Source of the DNA: Rhodospirillaceae bacterium BRH_c57
GTDB lineage: Bacteria; Pseudomonadota; Alphaproteobacteria; Rhodospirillales; Rhodospirillaceae
Length of the DNA stretch: 64,000 nt
Assembly: GCA_000961745.1 (NCBI GenBank)
Contig: LAEA01000219.1
Span: forward strand, 722-64,721
Reading direction: 5' to 3'
The first letter of the stretch is position 1, and every line of letters starts with the position of its first letter. The position numbers and the translations under genes are program-made. Under the pieces are notes generated by a model. That model saw only the letters and a program-made list of their open reading frames with translations. It did no database searches and was not told the DNA's origin. Positions 36,562 to 46,897 of this stretch are shown here, one piece after another.

Positions 36562-37668
36562 TCAGCCGGCCATGCGGTTCACGGACAGGCGCTTGCGGAA
36601 CGCCTCCGTGAGCGCGGGCAGGATGGTCAGGGCGTCGCCGACGATGCCGATGTGGGCGATCTCGAAGATGGCCGCGCCGGGGTCGGAGTTGATGGCGACG
36701 ATGCAGTCGGCACCCTCGACACCGACGCGATGCTGAATGGCGCCGGAAATGCCCGCCGCGATATACAGCTTCGGCCGGATGGTCTTGCCGGTTTGGCCGA
36801 TCTGACGCTCGGCGGCGATCCAGCCCTTCTGCACCAGCGGCCGCGACCCGCCGTATTCCGCCCCGAGGACCGTGGCAAGGTCGGTCACCAGCTTGAAGTT
36901 CTCGGGCTTGCCGAGGCCCAGGCCGCCGGCCACCACCACGTCGGCATAGGCAAGCTGCGCCTTGTCGCTGTCCTGGTCGGCAATGAAGCTGAGGATCTTG
37001 GTGACGATGTCATCCTCGGCCATGTTCAGCGGATGTTCGATCAGGCCGCCGACCGGACGGCTTTCGTCCTTGTCCGGCATGGCCATGACGCGGGGCCGGA
37101 TGGTGGCCATCTGCGGACGGTAGTTCAGGGTATGGATGGTGCACAGCAGCGACCCGCCAAAGGTCGGCCGGGTGGCCGCCAGGGACCGGTCATCGTCGAT
37201 GGCCAGTTCCGTACAGTCCGCCGTGAGGCCGGTCTTGAGGGTGGTCGCCACGGTCCCCGCCAGGTCACGGCCCAGCGTGGTGGCGCCCAGCAGCAGAACC
37301 TCGGGCTGGTAGGTGTTGACGACGTCGGTCAACGCCTTGGCGAACGGCTCGTTGCGATAGTCGGTCAGCAGCGGGTCTTCGACCAGGTACACCGTGTCGG
37401 CGCCGTAGGTGTAGCTTTCCGCCACGGCGGCACGGGTTTCGGCGCCGGGCGGCCCCATGACCACGCCGGCCAGTTCCACGCCCAGCTTGTCGGCCAGCTT
37501 GCGGCCCTCGCCCAGCAGTTCCCAGGACACCGGGTGAACCACGCCGCGCTCCATCTCGACAAACACCCAGACGTGCTTGTAGCTCTTGAAGTGCTCGGGC
37601 AGTTCCTTCTTCATCCCGGCGCGGCCACCGGCCGGCTTGGCGGGAACGGGCTTCTTGGCTTCGCTCAT
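36562..37668 (-). CDS. fixB: Electron transfer flavoprotein alpha subunit FixB
   Basis: GLTADCT, RPTFGG and [25 protein letters not shown] motifs. Confidence 0.96.
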   Translation of the reverse strand: MSEAKKPVPAKPAGGRAGMKKELPEHFKSYKHVWVFVEMERGVVHPVSWELLGEGRKLADKLGVELAGVVMGPPGAETRAAVAESYTYGADTVYLVEDPLLTDYRNEPFAKALTDVVNTYQPEVLLLGATTLGRDLAGTVATTLKTGLTADCTELAIDDDRSLAATRPTFGGSLLCTIHTLNYRPQMATIRPRVMAMPDKDESRPVGGLIEHPLNMAEDDIVTKILSFIADQDSDKAQLAYADVVVAGGLGLGKPENFKLVTDLATVLGAEYGGSRPLVQKGWIAAERQIGQTGKTIRPKLYIAAGISGAIQHRVGVEGADCIVAINSDPGAAIFEIAHIGIVGDALTILPALTEAFRKRLSVNRMAG

Positions 37669-37679
37669 GGGAGGCCCTC

Positions 37680-38534
37680 CTAACGGGTGCCGGCGGCCAG
37701 CTCAAGCATGTCTGCTTCGAGCTTGGGCTGCGCCTTGAAGATGGCGTCGATGGCGGCGGCGGAGATCTCGTCGGCCGACTTGCCGGTGACGTCGATCATG
37801 GTCGCCTTGTCCTTGCGGGCGCTGGGCGCGAAAACCTTCTTCACCACCGTGGGCGAGCCCTTGAGTCCGCACAGCGAGATGTCCTCGATGCCGGCCGCTT
37901 CGGCGTTCCAGGTGCGCAGTTGGTGACGGGCGGCACGGAACATGTCGGGCATGGTGCCAAAGCGGATGGAGTTCGACCCCTCCAGCATGGTGATGAGGCA
38001 CGGCAGCGAAGTCTTGAGGACCTGCACGCCGCCTTCGGACCGCCGGTGGACGACCACCTCCCGCTTCTCCAGATCGACACCTTCGACCTTGGCGACATAG
38101 GTGAGCTGTTGCAGGTTCAGCCGCTTGGCGATGCCGGGGCCGACCTGAGCGGTGTCGCCGTCGATGGTCTGTTTACCGGCAAAGACGATATCGACCGGGT
38201 CGGTCTCGCTGATCTTCTTGATGGCGCTGGCAAGGGCGTAGGACGTCGCCAGCGTGTCCGAACCGGCAAAGAAGCGGTCGGTCAGCAGCACGGCATCGTC
38301 GGCCCCCAGACCAAGCGCCTTGCGCAGGCTGTCTTCGGCCATCGGCGGACCCATGCTGAGGACAGTGACCTTGCCGCCCAGCGTGTCGCGCAGGCGCATG
38401 GCCTCTTCCAGCGAAAACAGATCATAGGGGTTGATGACCGACGGCACGCCTTGCCGCATGATGGTGTTGGTGACGGGGTGAACGCGGATCTGCGCGCTGT
38501 CCGGCACCTGCTTGATGCAAACGACGATGTGCAT
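37680..38534 (-). CDS. fixA: Electron transfer flavoprotein beta subunit FixA
   Basis: [29 protein letters not shown] and [14 protein letters not shown] motifs. Confidence 0.96.
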   Translation of the reverse strand: MHIVVCIKQVPDSAQIRVHPVTNTIMRQGVPSVINPYDLFSLEEAMRLRDTLGGKVTVLSMGPPMAEDSLRKALGLGADDAVLLTDRFFAGSDTLATSYALASAIKKISETDPVDIVFAGKQTIDGDTAQVGPGIAKRLNLQQLTYVAKVEGVDLEKREVVVHRRSEGGVQVLKTSLPCLITMLEGSNSIRFGTMPDMFRAARHQLRTWNAEAAGIEDISLCGLKGSPTVVKKVFAPSARKDKATMIDVTGKSADEISAAAIDAIFKAQPKLEADMLELAAGTR

Positions 38535-38577
38535 TCCAACTCTCCATTCACCCGGTGGCCGAGGCACACCCACTCTA

Positions 38578-38594
38578 AGCAAGCACCGTTCCAG
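38578..38594 (-). promoter_or_regulatory. sigma54 (-24/-12) promoter of fixABCX
   Basis: Minus strand CTGGAACGGTGCTTGCT (GG-N10-GC). Confidence 0.85.
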
Positions 38595-38691
38595 TTTTTC
38601 CGACCATCCCCAAAAAGACGGTTTTCAGCGCATCTTGGCGCCATTCACCGCCGGCGAGGCCGAAATGGAAACGGCACATCCACGACAAGCG

Positions 38692-38707
38692 TGTCGCATG
38701 TGCGACA
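38692..38707. promoter_or_regulatory. NifA upstream activator sequence for fixA
   Basis: TGT-CGCATGTGCG-ACA (TGT-N10-ACA), about 100 nt upstream of the sigma54 site. Confidence 0.85.
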
Positions 38708-38770
38708 GAACACTTTGGAATCGCTCGAAAAATAAACCCCCATTTGGCGTCATTGTAATGAACCGCCGAC

Positions 38771-38817
38771 AAAAAAGAACCCCCCGGAGAGGAGAGTGTG
38801 TCTACCTTTCCGGGGGG
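38771..38817 (-). terminator. Terminator after nifW
   Basis: CCCCCCGGAAAGG...CCTCTCCGGGGGG-TTCTTTTTT on the minus strand. Confidence 0.75.
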
Positions 38818-38828
38818 CGAAGCGCATT

Positions 38829-38866
38829 GATATATGTCGGGGATATATGTCGGGGATATATGTCGG
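38829..38866. repeat. ~3 x 13-bp tandem repeat GATATATGTCGGG
   Basis: Units at 38829, 38842 and 38855 (last one 12 nt), 5 nt past the nifW stop. Confidence 0.92.
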
Positions 38867-38871
38867 CTCAT

Positions 38872-39195
38872 TCAGGCTGCCGGCGGCGGCTCCAGTTCGT
38901 CCAGCCCGATGAAGGCCCGGCCGCGCACCTGCTTGAAGACCTTGAACACCCCCTCGGTCACCGCGTCGGACGCGGCAAAGTCGCCGTGGGCCTTGGCCAG
39001 CAGGGTTGAATACAAGCTCCTGAGGGCGGCATCATCCAGGCCGTCGAGCTTTTCGCCGGACAGGTAGTCGTGGAACCGCTTGAGGATATGCAGGCGGTTC
39101 ACCCGCACCACATGCTCGTCAAATGGCACGCGCAGGGCGGCAAAGAAGTCCTCGGCCGAGGACAGGGTGTTCATGTGGTCGAGAAAGGCGCTCAT
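38872..39195 (-). CDS. nifW: Nitrogenase-stabilizing protein NifW
   Basis: LSSAEDFF..VPFDEHVVRVNRLHILKRF..AHGDF..VFKVF. Confidence 0.95.
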   Translation of the reverse strand: MSAFLDHMNTLSSAEDFFAALRVPFDEHVVRVNRLHILKRFHDYLSGEKLDGLDDAALRSLYSTLLAKAHGDFAASDAVTEGVFKVFKQVRGRAFIGLDELEPPPAA

Positions 39196-39221
39196 GCTGG
39201 GGGAGTCCTTGGACAGGGGGT

Positions 39222-40409
39222 TCAACTGTGCAGGCGATGGACCAGCGGTTCGGCGCCGAGTTCCAGCAGATCCAGGGCGGCGTCGCGCACCACCAGCGTT
39301 TCGCAGTAGAAGTTCCGCAGATCCGCCGGGGTGGGCGCAGACTTGGTGCGCGTGGCATGGTCGCGGACACGGGCCAGCACGGCGCGGGCCTGCGGCTCGG
39401 CGGCGGCAAAGCCCAATGCCTCCAGCGCATGGCAAACCGCGGCGATCCCCGAATGCTTGCCCAGAACCAGGGTATGGCGGCGCCCGAGAAGCAAGGGGTC
39501 GAGGGCTTGGTAGTTGGCCGGGTCGGCCAGCAGTCCATGCACATGGATGCCGGACTCATGGGTGAACACGCCGGCCCCGACGATGCTCTTGTTGACCGGG
39601 ATGGGCCGCCCCGACGCCACCGCCACCAGATCGGAGATCGGCGGCAGGTGACGCGGCGCGATGCCGGTTGTGCGGCCATGAAGCTGTTCCAGCGCCACGG
39701 CGACTTCTTCGAGCGGCGCGTTGCCGGCCCGTTCGCCAAGTCCGTTGACCGTGGTCGAGACATGGGTCGCCCCGCCCAGCACGGCGGCCAGGGAATTGGC
39801 GGTGGCCAGCCCCAGGTCGTCGTGGGCGTGGATTTCCAGTTCGAGGTTGGTGTCGCCGCGCAGCACTTCAAAGGCGGCGCGCGTCGCAAAGGGCTCCAGG
39901 ATGCCCAGGGTGTCGGCAAACCGGAAGCGCCGGGCGCCGGCCTCCTCGGCCACTTCGATCACGGCGCGCAGGAAGTCGAGGTCGGCCCGCGAGCTGTCCT
40001 CGCCGCCCAGCGACACCGCCAGCCCCAGGCCGACCGCCCGCTTGATGACGGCCCGCACCTCGGACAGGACCCAGCCCCGGTCGCGCTGCATCTTGCGGGC
40101 AATCTGCTGGTCCGACACCGGCACGGACACGTTGACGGCTCTCACGCCACAGGCGACGGCCAGGTCCACATCCCCATCGAGCAGCCGGCACCACGCGATG
40201 GGTACGGCGTTCAGCTTGAGATCGACCACGGCGCGGATGCTGTCGCGCTCCTCCGGCCCCATGGCAGGAATGCCGACTTCGAGTTCCGGCACCCCGGCGG
40301 CGTCCAGGGCAGCGGCGATGGCGAGCTTCTCGTTGAGCGTGAAGGCCACGCCCGCCGTCTGCTCGCCGTCGCGCAGGGTGGTGTCGTTGATGATGACGGG
40401 TACGGCCAT
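39222..40409 (-). CDS. nifV: Homocitrate synthase
   Basis: [35 protein letters not shown] and [11 protein letters not shown] motifs. Confidence 0.95.
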   Translation of the reverse strand: MAVPVIINDTTLRDGEQTAGVAFTLNEKLAIAAALDAAGVPELEVGIPAMGPEERDSIRAVVDLKLNAVPIAWCRLLDGDVDLAVACGVRAVNVSVPVSDQQIARKMQRDRGWVLSEVRAVIKRAVGLGLAVSLGGEDSSRADLDFLRAVIEVAEEAGARRFRFADTLGILEPFATRAAFEVLRGDTNLELEIHAHDDLGLATANSLAAVLGGATHVSTTVNGLGERAGNAPLEEVAVALEQLHGRTTGIAPRHLPPISDLVAVASGRPIPVNKSIVGAGVFTHESGIHVHGLLADPANYQALDPLLLGRRHTLVLGKHSGIAAVCHALEALGFAAAEPQARAVLARVRDHATRTKSAPTPADLRNFYCETLVVRDAALDLLELGAEPLVHRLHS

Positions 40410-40432
40410 GGCAACCTCCCCTTCACGAGCGA

Positions 40433-41644
40433 TCAGGCGTACTCGGGCTTGAACGCCTCGGCACGCGGGGCACCGTTGTCCCAGTAGGGGGACAGGGACC
40501 GCAGCCGTCCGATGATCTCGGGCACCGCAGCGATCACTTGATCGATCTCGGCCTCGGTCGTTTCGCGCGACAGCGAGAACCGGATGGCGCCGTGCGCCGC
40601 CGTGAACGGAATGTCCATGGCCCGCAGCACATGGCTGGGCTCCAGCGACCCCGAGGTGCAGGCCGACCCCGACGAGGCGGCGATGCCGACCCGGCTGAGG
40701 AACAGCAGGATGCCCTCGCCCTCAATGTACTCGAACGCGATGTTGGTGGTGTTGGGCAGGCGGTCGTGGACATTGCCGGTCACAAAGCAATGGCCGACGG
40801 TTTCCAGCAGCGCCTTTTCCAGCTTGTCGCGCAGAGCCTTCACCGTGGTGTTTTCCTGGTCCATATGGACCAGGGCCAGTTCGGCCGCCTTGCCAAGGCC
40901 GATGATGGCGGTGGTGTTCTCGGTCCCGGCGCGGCGCTCGCGCTCCTGATGGCCGCCGCGCAGCAGCGGGCGGAACCGGATGCCCCGGCGCACGTACAGG
41001 GCGCCCACGCCCTTGGGCGCGTGCAGCTTGTGGCCGGACAGCGACAGCATGTCGATGTTGGTCTCGGCCAGCCGCAGCGGCACCTTGCCGACCGCCTGGA
41101 CGGCATCGGTATGGAACAGGATGCCGTGTTCCTTGGCCATGTCGGCCAGGGCCTCGACCGGGAAAATGGTGCCCGTCTCGTTGTTGGCCCACATGATGGA
41201 CACCACGGCAACGCGCGGCGACAGGGCGGCCTTGTAGGCGTCAATGTCCAGACGGCCCTGCTTGTCCACCGGGATGATGTGCAGGACATACCCTTCGTGC
41301 TTGGCGAGGTGGCGGCAGACCTCCAGGACGGCCGGATGCTCGACCGCGCTGGTGATGATCTCGCGACGGTCGGGGGCGACCTTCAGGGCCGACAGGATGG
41401 CCGTGTTGTTGCTTTCCGTACCGCCCGAGGTAAACACGATCTCCGTGTCATGGGCAGCGCCGAGCAGCGCGGCGACGCGGGCGCGGGCCTCGCGCATCTT
41501 GCCGCCAACCTCGGCGCCGAAGCTGTGGATCGACGACGGGTTGCCGAAATGCTCGCTGAAGAACGGCAGCATTTCCTCGACCACGCGCGGATCGACGCGG
41601 GTGGTGGCGTTGTTGTCGAGATAGATTCCGGTGGGTCCGCTCAT
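40433..41644 (-). CDS. nifS: Cysteine desulfurase NifS
   Basis: [18 protein letters not shown] and [16 protein letters not shown] motifs. Confidence 0.96.
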   Translation of the reverse strand: MSGPTGIYLDNNATTRVDPRVVEEMLPFFSEHFGNPSSIHSFGAEVGGKMREARARVAALLGAAHDTEIVFTSGGTESNNTAILSALKVAPDRREIITSAVEHPAVLEVCRHLAKHEGYVLHIIPVDKQGRLDIDAYKAALSPRVAVVSIMWANNETGTIFPVEALADMAKEHGILFHTDAVQAVGKVPLRLAETNIDMLSLSGHKLHAPKGVGALYVRRGIRFRPLLRGGHQERERRAGTENTTAIIGLGKAAELALVHMDQENTTVKALRDKLEKALLETVGHCFVTGNVHDRLPNTTNIAFEYIEGEGILLFLSRVGIAASSGSACTSGSLEPSHVLRAMDIPFTAAHGAIRFSLSRETTEAEIDQVIAAVPEIIGRLRSLSPYWDNGAPRAEAFKPEYA

Positions 41645-41659
41645 GGCGTGCGCTCCTGC

Positions 41660-42628
41660 TCAGGCGAAACGACGGGCTTCGTGCGGGATGACCCGCAACG
41701 GACGGCCGATCTTGTCGATCAGCGCCTGTTGCACGCCCTGCATGGTGACGGCGCTCATCTGGCAGCCGGCGCAGGCGCCGACCAGCTTGACGAACACGCT
41801 GTCGCCGTCCACATCGACCAGTTCGATGTCGCCGCCATCGGCCTGGAGGTGCGGACGCAACTCCTCGATGGCCTGCTGGATGACCATGATTTTTTGCAGG
41901 TTGGTCATGGCCGGGGCGGCGGCCTGAGCCTTCTTCGCGCCTTCGGCCAGGGGGCTTATCTGGATCAGGCCAGACGCCGCCGGGGCCGGTGCAGCGGCTG
42001 CGGCCGCGCCACCGTAGACATAGGCTTCCTCAGCCTTGAGCAGGCCTTCGGCGACCATCGCGGCATTGATGTCGGCCAGCTTCTCCTCGATCTTCTCGAA
42101 GCACGTCTTGCACGACCCGCCGGCCTTGGTATAGGCGGTGACCTGCTCGATGGTGGTCAGGCGGTTGCCGCGCACGGCGCGATCCAACATGCCTTCATCC
42201 ACGCCGAAACACTTGCAGATCAGGGCGCCTTCCTCGTGGTCGTCGTCGGCCAGTTCCTCGCCGGTAAAGTTGGCGATGGCAGCGATCAGCGCCTCGTGGC
42301 CCATCACCGAGCAATGCATCTTTTCCGGCGGCAGGCCGCCCAGGAAGTCGGCGATGTCCTGGTTGGTGATGGTGCGCGCCTCGTCGATGGTCTTGCCGAT
42401 GACGATTTCCGTCAGGGCGGAACTCGACGCGATGGCCGACCCGCAGCCAAAGGTCTGAAACCGGGCATCGGTGATGACCTGGGTGTCGGGATCAACCTTG
42501 ATCATCAGGCGCAGCGCATCGCCGCACGAGATGGACCCCACCTCCCCCACGCCATTGGCGCCGTCGAGGACGCCCGCGTTCTTGGGATTGAAGAAGTAGT
42601 CCTTGACCTTGTCGGTGTAGTTCCACAT
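41660..42628 (-). CDS. nifU: Fe-S cluster assembly scaffold NifU
   Basis: [52 protein letters not shown] and C-terminal NifU domain GACAGC. Confidence 0.96.
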   Translation of the reverse strand: MWNYTDKVKDYFFNPKNAGVLDGANGVGEVGSISCGDALRLMIKVDPDTQVITDARFQTFGCGSAIASSSALTEIVIGKTIDEARTITNQDIADFLGGLPPEKMHCSVMGHEALIAAIANFTGEELADDDHEEGALICKCFGVDEGMLDRAVRGNRLTTIEQVTAYTKAGGSCKTCFEKIEEKLADINAAMVAEGLLKAEEAYVYGGAAAAAAPAPAASGLIQISPLAEGAKKAQAAAPAMTNLQKIMVIQQAIEELRPHLQADGGDIELVDVDGDSVFVKLVGACAGCQMSAVTMQGVQQALIDKIGRPLRVIPHEARRFA

Positions 42629-42672
42629 CGCGGGGGAGCCCTTCCAGCCAGTGTTCCAGATCGTGTTATCGG

Positions 42673-42984
42673 TTAGGCGGCAAACGACTTGCCGCAACTG
42701 CACTTGCCTTCGGCGTTGGGGTTCTCGAACTGGAACCCGGACCCGCCGATGCTCTCCACGAAGTCCAGCGTGGTGCCGGCGATCAGGGCGGCGCTGTCGG
42801 TGTCGATGAAGACGGACACGTCGCCGAATTCGAGGACCGTGTCCCCCTCCTCGGCGACGTTTACCAGCCCCATGCGGTACTGGTATCCGGCGCAGCCCCC
42901 GGCCGAGACCATGATGCGCAGGCCGGCCGCCTCGCCCTTGACCCTGCGGATGGCGTCCTGCGCCGCTGCGGTGACATGGATCAT
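42673..42984 (-). CDS. iscA: nif-specific A-type Fe-S carrier (IscA-nif/HesB)
   Basis: GGCAGYQY and [14 protein letters not shown] motifs; AAGGAGG RBS before MIHVT. Confidence 0.9.
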   Translation of the reverse strand: MIHVTAAAQDAIRRVKGEAAGLRIMVSAGGCAGYQYRMGLVNVAEEGDTVLEFGDVSVFIDTDSAALIAGTTLDFVESIGGSGFQFENPNAEGKCSCGKSFAA

Positions 42985-43022
42985 GACAAAGCCCTCCTTG
43001 GGGGTGGTCCCGAGGAAGACCT

Positions 43023-43039
43023 TGCAAGGACGATGCCAA
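43023..43039 (-). promoter_or_regulatory. sigma54 promoter of iscA-nifUSVW
   Basis: Minus strand TTGGCATCGTCCTTGCA. Confidence 0.9.
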
Positions 43040-43083
43040 ACATTGGAACCTTTGAAATCTCTGGAATCACACGGCACGGGGCC

Positions 43084-43118
43084 TGTCGGATGCCCGACAC
43101 CGTGTCGCACATGCGACA
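43084..43118. promoter_or_regulatory. Two tandem NifA UAS
   Basis: TGT-CGGATGCCCG-ACA (43084-99) and TGT-CGCACATGCG-ACA (43103-18). Confidence 0.85.
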
Positions 43119-43227
43119 GGGCCGACGAATGCCGGGATCTGTCGCTTCACCCTCAAAGTTTCACATGTTTACAATGATTATATGGTACAATTCCCTGACG
43201 TATTTCTCCGGGGGGAGGCCAACCACG

Positions 43228-44946
43228 ATGTTTTCGAACATGAAGATTGGCGGCAGGCTGTTCATCCTGATCGCCACAGCGATCGCAGCCCTGGCCGTCA
43301 TTGGCGCGATCGGCGTGTTTGCCACCGCCTCCATCAATTCCATGCTGGACCGCGCGCGTGCCGAAGCGCAGCGACCGATGATGCAGTTCAGCAACATCAA
43401 CGAACAGCTTCAGGAAAGCTTCCGGCAGCTTTATGCGGCGTCCCTGCACAATCCGTCGCTACGGGCCGCGCCGTACCATAATCATCCGGTTACGCTGCAC
43501 ACCGACGCCGTAGTCAAGGCCGTCCAGGCGGTCAACGAGGAACTGTCGGCCTACCGCGCCTCGACGGCCGGATCGCTGTTCCCGGCTGACCTGTCCAAGT
43601 TTCAGACCACATGGACCACGCTGACCGGCGAAAGCCTGGCCCGCGCCACAGATCTGGCGAACATGGACAGCGCGGATGGCTACGAGGACCTGGGCATCCA
43701 CCTGACCACGACCGTCCTGCCGCAGTTCAATACCGCCAAGCTGAGCGCGGCGAAGGTGCTTCTGGAACACCAAGCCTACGCCGACCGACTGGTCGCCGAG
43801 GCCGCCGCCCAATATAACTTCGCCAAGTGGGGCATCATCCTGGGCGGTCTGGGCATCGGTGCCCTGGTGTTGTTCGGCGCCATCCTGATCGGGCGGTCGA
43901 TCACCCGGCCGATCCTGTCCATGACCAGCGCCATGCACGTGCTGGCCGGCGGCGACAAGACCATCGCCATTCCCGGCACGGAACGTCACGACGAAGTGGG
44001 CGAAATGGCCGCCGCCGTGCAGGTGTTCAAGGACAACATGATCAAGGCCGACCAGTTGTCGGCCGAACAGAAGCGTGAGCAGGAAGCCCGCAACAAGCGG
44101 GCAGAAACCGTCACCCGCCTGACCACCGAGTTCGACTCGCGGGTCGGCAGCGTGCTGGGCGCCGTGTCAGCCGCCGCGACCGAGATGGAGGCCACCGCTG
44201 GCACCATGTCGAGCACCGCCGACCAGACCAGCCACCAGGCGTCGGCCGTTGCCGCCGCCGCCGAGGAGGCCGCCGCCAACGTGCAGACGGTGGCCAGTTC
44301 GGCCGAGGAACTGACCGCCTCCATTCACGAAATCTCGCGTCAGGTCGCCCGCTCGACCGAGATCGCCAGCGCCGCCGTCGACAAGGCCAACCACACCCAC
44401 GAACAGGTGCGCGGCCTGGCCGAGGCGGCCAGCAAGATCGGCGAGGTGGTCAACCTCATCACCGACATTGCCGACCAGACCAACCTCCTGGCGTTGAACG
44501 CCACCATCGAGGCGGCACGGGCCGGTGACGCCGGCAAGGGCTTTGCCGTGGTCGCCAACGAGGTCAAGAATCTCGCCAACCAGACCGCCAAGGCGACCGA
44601 GGAAATCAGCCGCCAGATCCGCGCCGTGCAGGAAGAAACCCAGGAAGCCGTCGAAGCGATCAACGAAATCACCGAGGTCATCAGCTCGATGAACGAGATC
44701 GCCACCACCATCGCCAGCGCGGTGGAGGAACAGGGTGCGGCCACGGCCGAAATCGCCCGCAACGTCGAGGAAGCCGCCGCCGGCACGGGGGAAGTCACCT
44801 CCAACATCGTCGGCGTCAACCAGGGCGCTGGCGAAACCGGTTCGGCCGCCGGCGAGGTCCTGGAAGCGTCCCGCGAACTGTCCCAGCAGGCCGACACCCT
44901 CAAAGGCGTGGTCGAAAAGTTCCTGCACGACGTCCGCGCCGCCTGA
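43228..44946 (+). CDS. Methyl-accepting chemotaxis protein (TM-sensor-TM-HAMP-MA)
   Basis: Two TM segments, HAMP (RHDEVGEMA) and [34 protein letters not shown]; GGAGG RBS. Confidence 0.95.
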   Translation: MFSNMKIGGRLFILIATAIAALAVIGAIGVFATASINSMLDRARAEAQRPMMQFSNINEQLQESFRQLYAASLHNPSLRAAPYHNHPVTLHTDAVVKAVQAVNEELSAYRASTAGSLFPADLSKFQTTWTTLTGESLARATDLANMDSADGYEDLGIHLTTTVLPQFNTAKLSAAKVLLEHQAYADRLVAEAAAQYNFAKWGIILGGLGIGALVLFGAILIGRSITRPILSMTSAMHVLAGGDKTIAIPGTERHDEVGEMAAAVQVFKDNMIKADQLSAEQKREQEARNKRAETVTRLTTEFDSRVGSVLGAVSAAATEMEATAGTMSSTADQTSHQASAVAAAAEEAAANVQTVASSAEELTASIHEISRQVARSTEIASAAVDKANHTHEQVRGLAEAASKIGEVVNLITDIADQTNLLALNATIEAARAGDAGKGFAVVANEVKNLANQTAKATEEISRQIRAVQEETQEAVEAINEITEVISSMNEIATTIASAVEEQGAATAEIARNVEEAAAGTGEVTSNIVGVNQGAGETGSAAGEVLEASRELSQQADTLKGVVEKFLHDVRAA

Positions 44947-45003
44947 CCCCGGACGCTGCGCCCCGTTTAGGCCCAATATCGACCGCATAAAGCACACCGG
45001 ACC

Positions 45004-45017
45004 TTGACGGGAATCAA
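45004..45017 (+). promoter_or_regulatory. FNR/FixK-type box upstream of hemerythrin
   Basis: TTGAC-GGGA-ATCAA, one mismatch from TTGAT-N4-ATCAA, 66 nt before the ATG. Confidence 0.7.
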
Positions 45018-45083
45018 GACGGCGTCCCCCACCCTGTGGCACAACGGCCTCGCTCCCCCAGAGCATAGTCCGGAGACGCCCCG

Positions 45084-45479
45084 ATGACCGCCCTCGCCCT
45101 TGCCTGGTCCGATTCCCTGAAGGTCAACGTCGAGTTCATCGACCACGACCACGCCGAATTCATCGCCCTGCTCAATGCCGCCACGCAGGCCGACGATGCC
45201 GCGCTGCCGGCCGCCTTCGACGCCCTGCTGACCCACACGGTCGAGCATTTCGCCCGCGAGGAAGAGTTGATGGACCGCGTCGGATTCTTCGCCAGCGACT
45301 GCCACAAGGGCGAACACGCCCGCGTCCTCAACGAGGCCCGCCGCTTCCGCACCCACCTCGACGGCGGCAACGTCGCCTATGTGCGCGCCTATCTGGCCGA
45401 CCATCTGCCACAATGGTTCATCCTGCACCGCAACACCATGGACAACGCCACCGCCGCGTTTGCGCTGCAAAAGGTATGA
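45084..45479 (+). CDS. Single-domain bacteriohemerythrin
   Basis: IDHDH, HFAREE, HKGEH and WFILHRNTMD ligand motifs. Confidence 0.92.
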   Translation: MTALALAWSDSLKVNVEFIDHDHAEFIALLNAATQADDAALPAAFDALLTHTVEHFAREEELMDRVGFFASDCHKGEHARVLNEARRFRTHLDGGNVAYVRAYLADHLPQWFILHRNTMDNATAAFALQKV

Positions 45480-45568
45480 TAACGGCCTAATCCAACAACG
45501 CTCTTGCAAAAACCCGCCGCTCCCTTAGCCTCAAGCAAACAACTGCCGGAGAGAAGGGGGCGGCCATC

Positions 45569-46225
45569 ATGCCAGCGCATGTCATCACCATCGCGCAGCA
45601 GAAGGGCGGAGCAGGCAAGACCACGCTCGCCGCGCAGCTTGCCGCCGCCTTCGTCAAGGCTGGCGCCAAGGTGGCCGTCATCGACATCGATCCACAAAAA
45701 AGCCTGGCCGGCTGGCACGGCGTGCGCTGTGCCGCCCTAGAAGGCAGCGGCGAGAGCGGCGGCGGCATCGGCCTGACCGAGGTCGCCGGCTGGCGCCTGA
45801 GTACCGAACTGGAGCGCCTGCGGGCCGGCCACGACTGGATCATCATCGACAGCCCGCCCCACGCTGAAACCGATGCCAAGGCCGCCATCCGCGCCGCCGA
45901 CCTCATCCTGGTGCCGGTGCAGCCCAGCCCCATGGACCTGTGGGCCATCGGCCCGACCCTGGAGGCCGCGCGCAAGGAAAAGCGCCAGGCCGTGCTGGTC
46001 CTCAATCGCATGCCGCCGCGTGGCAACCTGCCCGACCGCATCGTCGCCGAACTGGCCAAGCTGGATGTTCCGGTGGCCGACAGCAGGCTGGGCAGCCGCG
46101 TCGCCTTCGCGGCCTCCATGATGGAGGGCAAAGGCGTGGTCGAAACCCAGCCGCGCAGCGCCGCAGCCCAGGAAATCCGCGCCCTGGCCGACGAAGTCAC
46201 GGCCATGCTCCGCAAACCCAGGTAG
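45569..46225 (+). CDS. Orphan ParA-family ATPase
   Basis: QQKGGAGKTT deviant Walker A, DIDPQ, IIDSPP and LVPVQPSPMD motifs; no parB nearby. Confidence 0.88.
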   Translation: MPAHVITIAQQKGGAGKTTLAAQLAAAFVKAGAKVAVIDIDPQKSLAGWHGVRCAALEGSGESGGGIGLTEVAGWRLSTELERLRAGHDWIIIDSPPHAETDAKAAIRAADLILVPVQPSPMDLWAIGPTLEAARKEKRQAVLVLNRMPPRGNLPDRIVAELAKLDVPVADSRLGSRVAFAASMMEGKGVVETQPRSAAAQEIRALADEVTAMLRKPR

Positions 46226-46234
46226 GTAGACTTA

Positions 46235-46696
46235 ATGTTTTATTCTCTGCTGATCGCCCTGCACATGCTCGGCGCCATCGTGTGGGTGGGCGGCATGTTC
46301 TTTGCCACCCTGGTCCTGCGTCCGGCCACCCAGGTGCTGGAGCCCCATGACCGTCTGGTCCTGTTCAGCAAGGTATTCCCCCGCTTCTTCCGCTGGGTGT
46401 GGATCAGCCTGATCGCCCTTCTGGTGTCCGGGTACTGGGTGGTGTTCGGCCTGTATGGCGGATTCGCCAACGTCGGCGTCCACGTTCACATCATGCAGTT
46501 GACCGGCCTCATCATGGTCGGCCTGTTCGCCACCCTGTACTTCGTGCCGTTTCGCCGGTTCGAGCAGGCCGTGGCCGGCAACGATATGCTTGCCGCCAGC
46601 AAGCACATCGCCACCATCCGCACCATCATCACCATCAACCTCGTCCTTGGCCTCATCACCTCCGCCCTCGGCGCGGCGCGGGTGTTTTGGGGGTAG
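46235..46696 (+). CDS. Integral membrane protein (CopD/DUF4149-like)
   Basis: LHMLGAIVWVGGMFFA..LRPA motif; four hydrophobic segments. Confidence 0.75.
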   Translation: MFYSLLIALHMLGAIVWVGGMFFATLVLRPATQVLEPHDRLVLFSKVFPRFFRWVWISLIALLVSGYWVVFGLYGGFANVGVHVHIMQLTGLIMVGLFATLYFVPFRRFEQAVAGNDMLAASKHIATIRTIITINLVLGLITSALGAARVFWG

Positions 46697-46703
46697 GGGG
46701 AAA

Positions 46704-46878
46704 GCGGGCTCTGCCCGCACCCGCCAGGAGCCACGGGCTCCTGGACCTCGGGAACAAGGTTTTTCAAGCCGCGCGCAGCGCAGAAAACGGCAAGACTGTC
46801 TGCCTGCGGCGCAAGAGAAAGAGATCCTTCATGGGTTCCAAGGACCAATAGCCCTTGGCGGGCCTGGGCAGCGCCCAG
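46704..46878 (-). repeat. Class-I palindromic element, copy D
   Basis: Reverse complement aligns with copy A; lies between convergent genes. Confidence 0.9.
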
Positions 46879-46897
46879 TTCTTCCTCCGTCACGGCC

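Noticed and set aside
39195-39222. No cysE between nifV and nifW
   Set aside because: cysE presence in nifUSVW clusters is variable; not informative alone.
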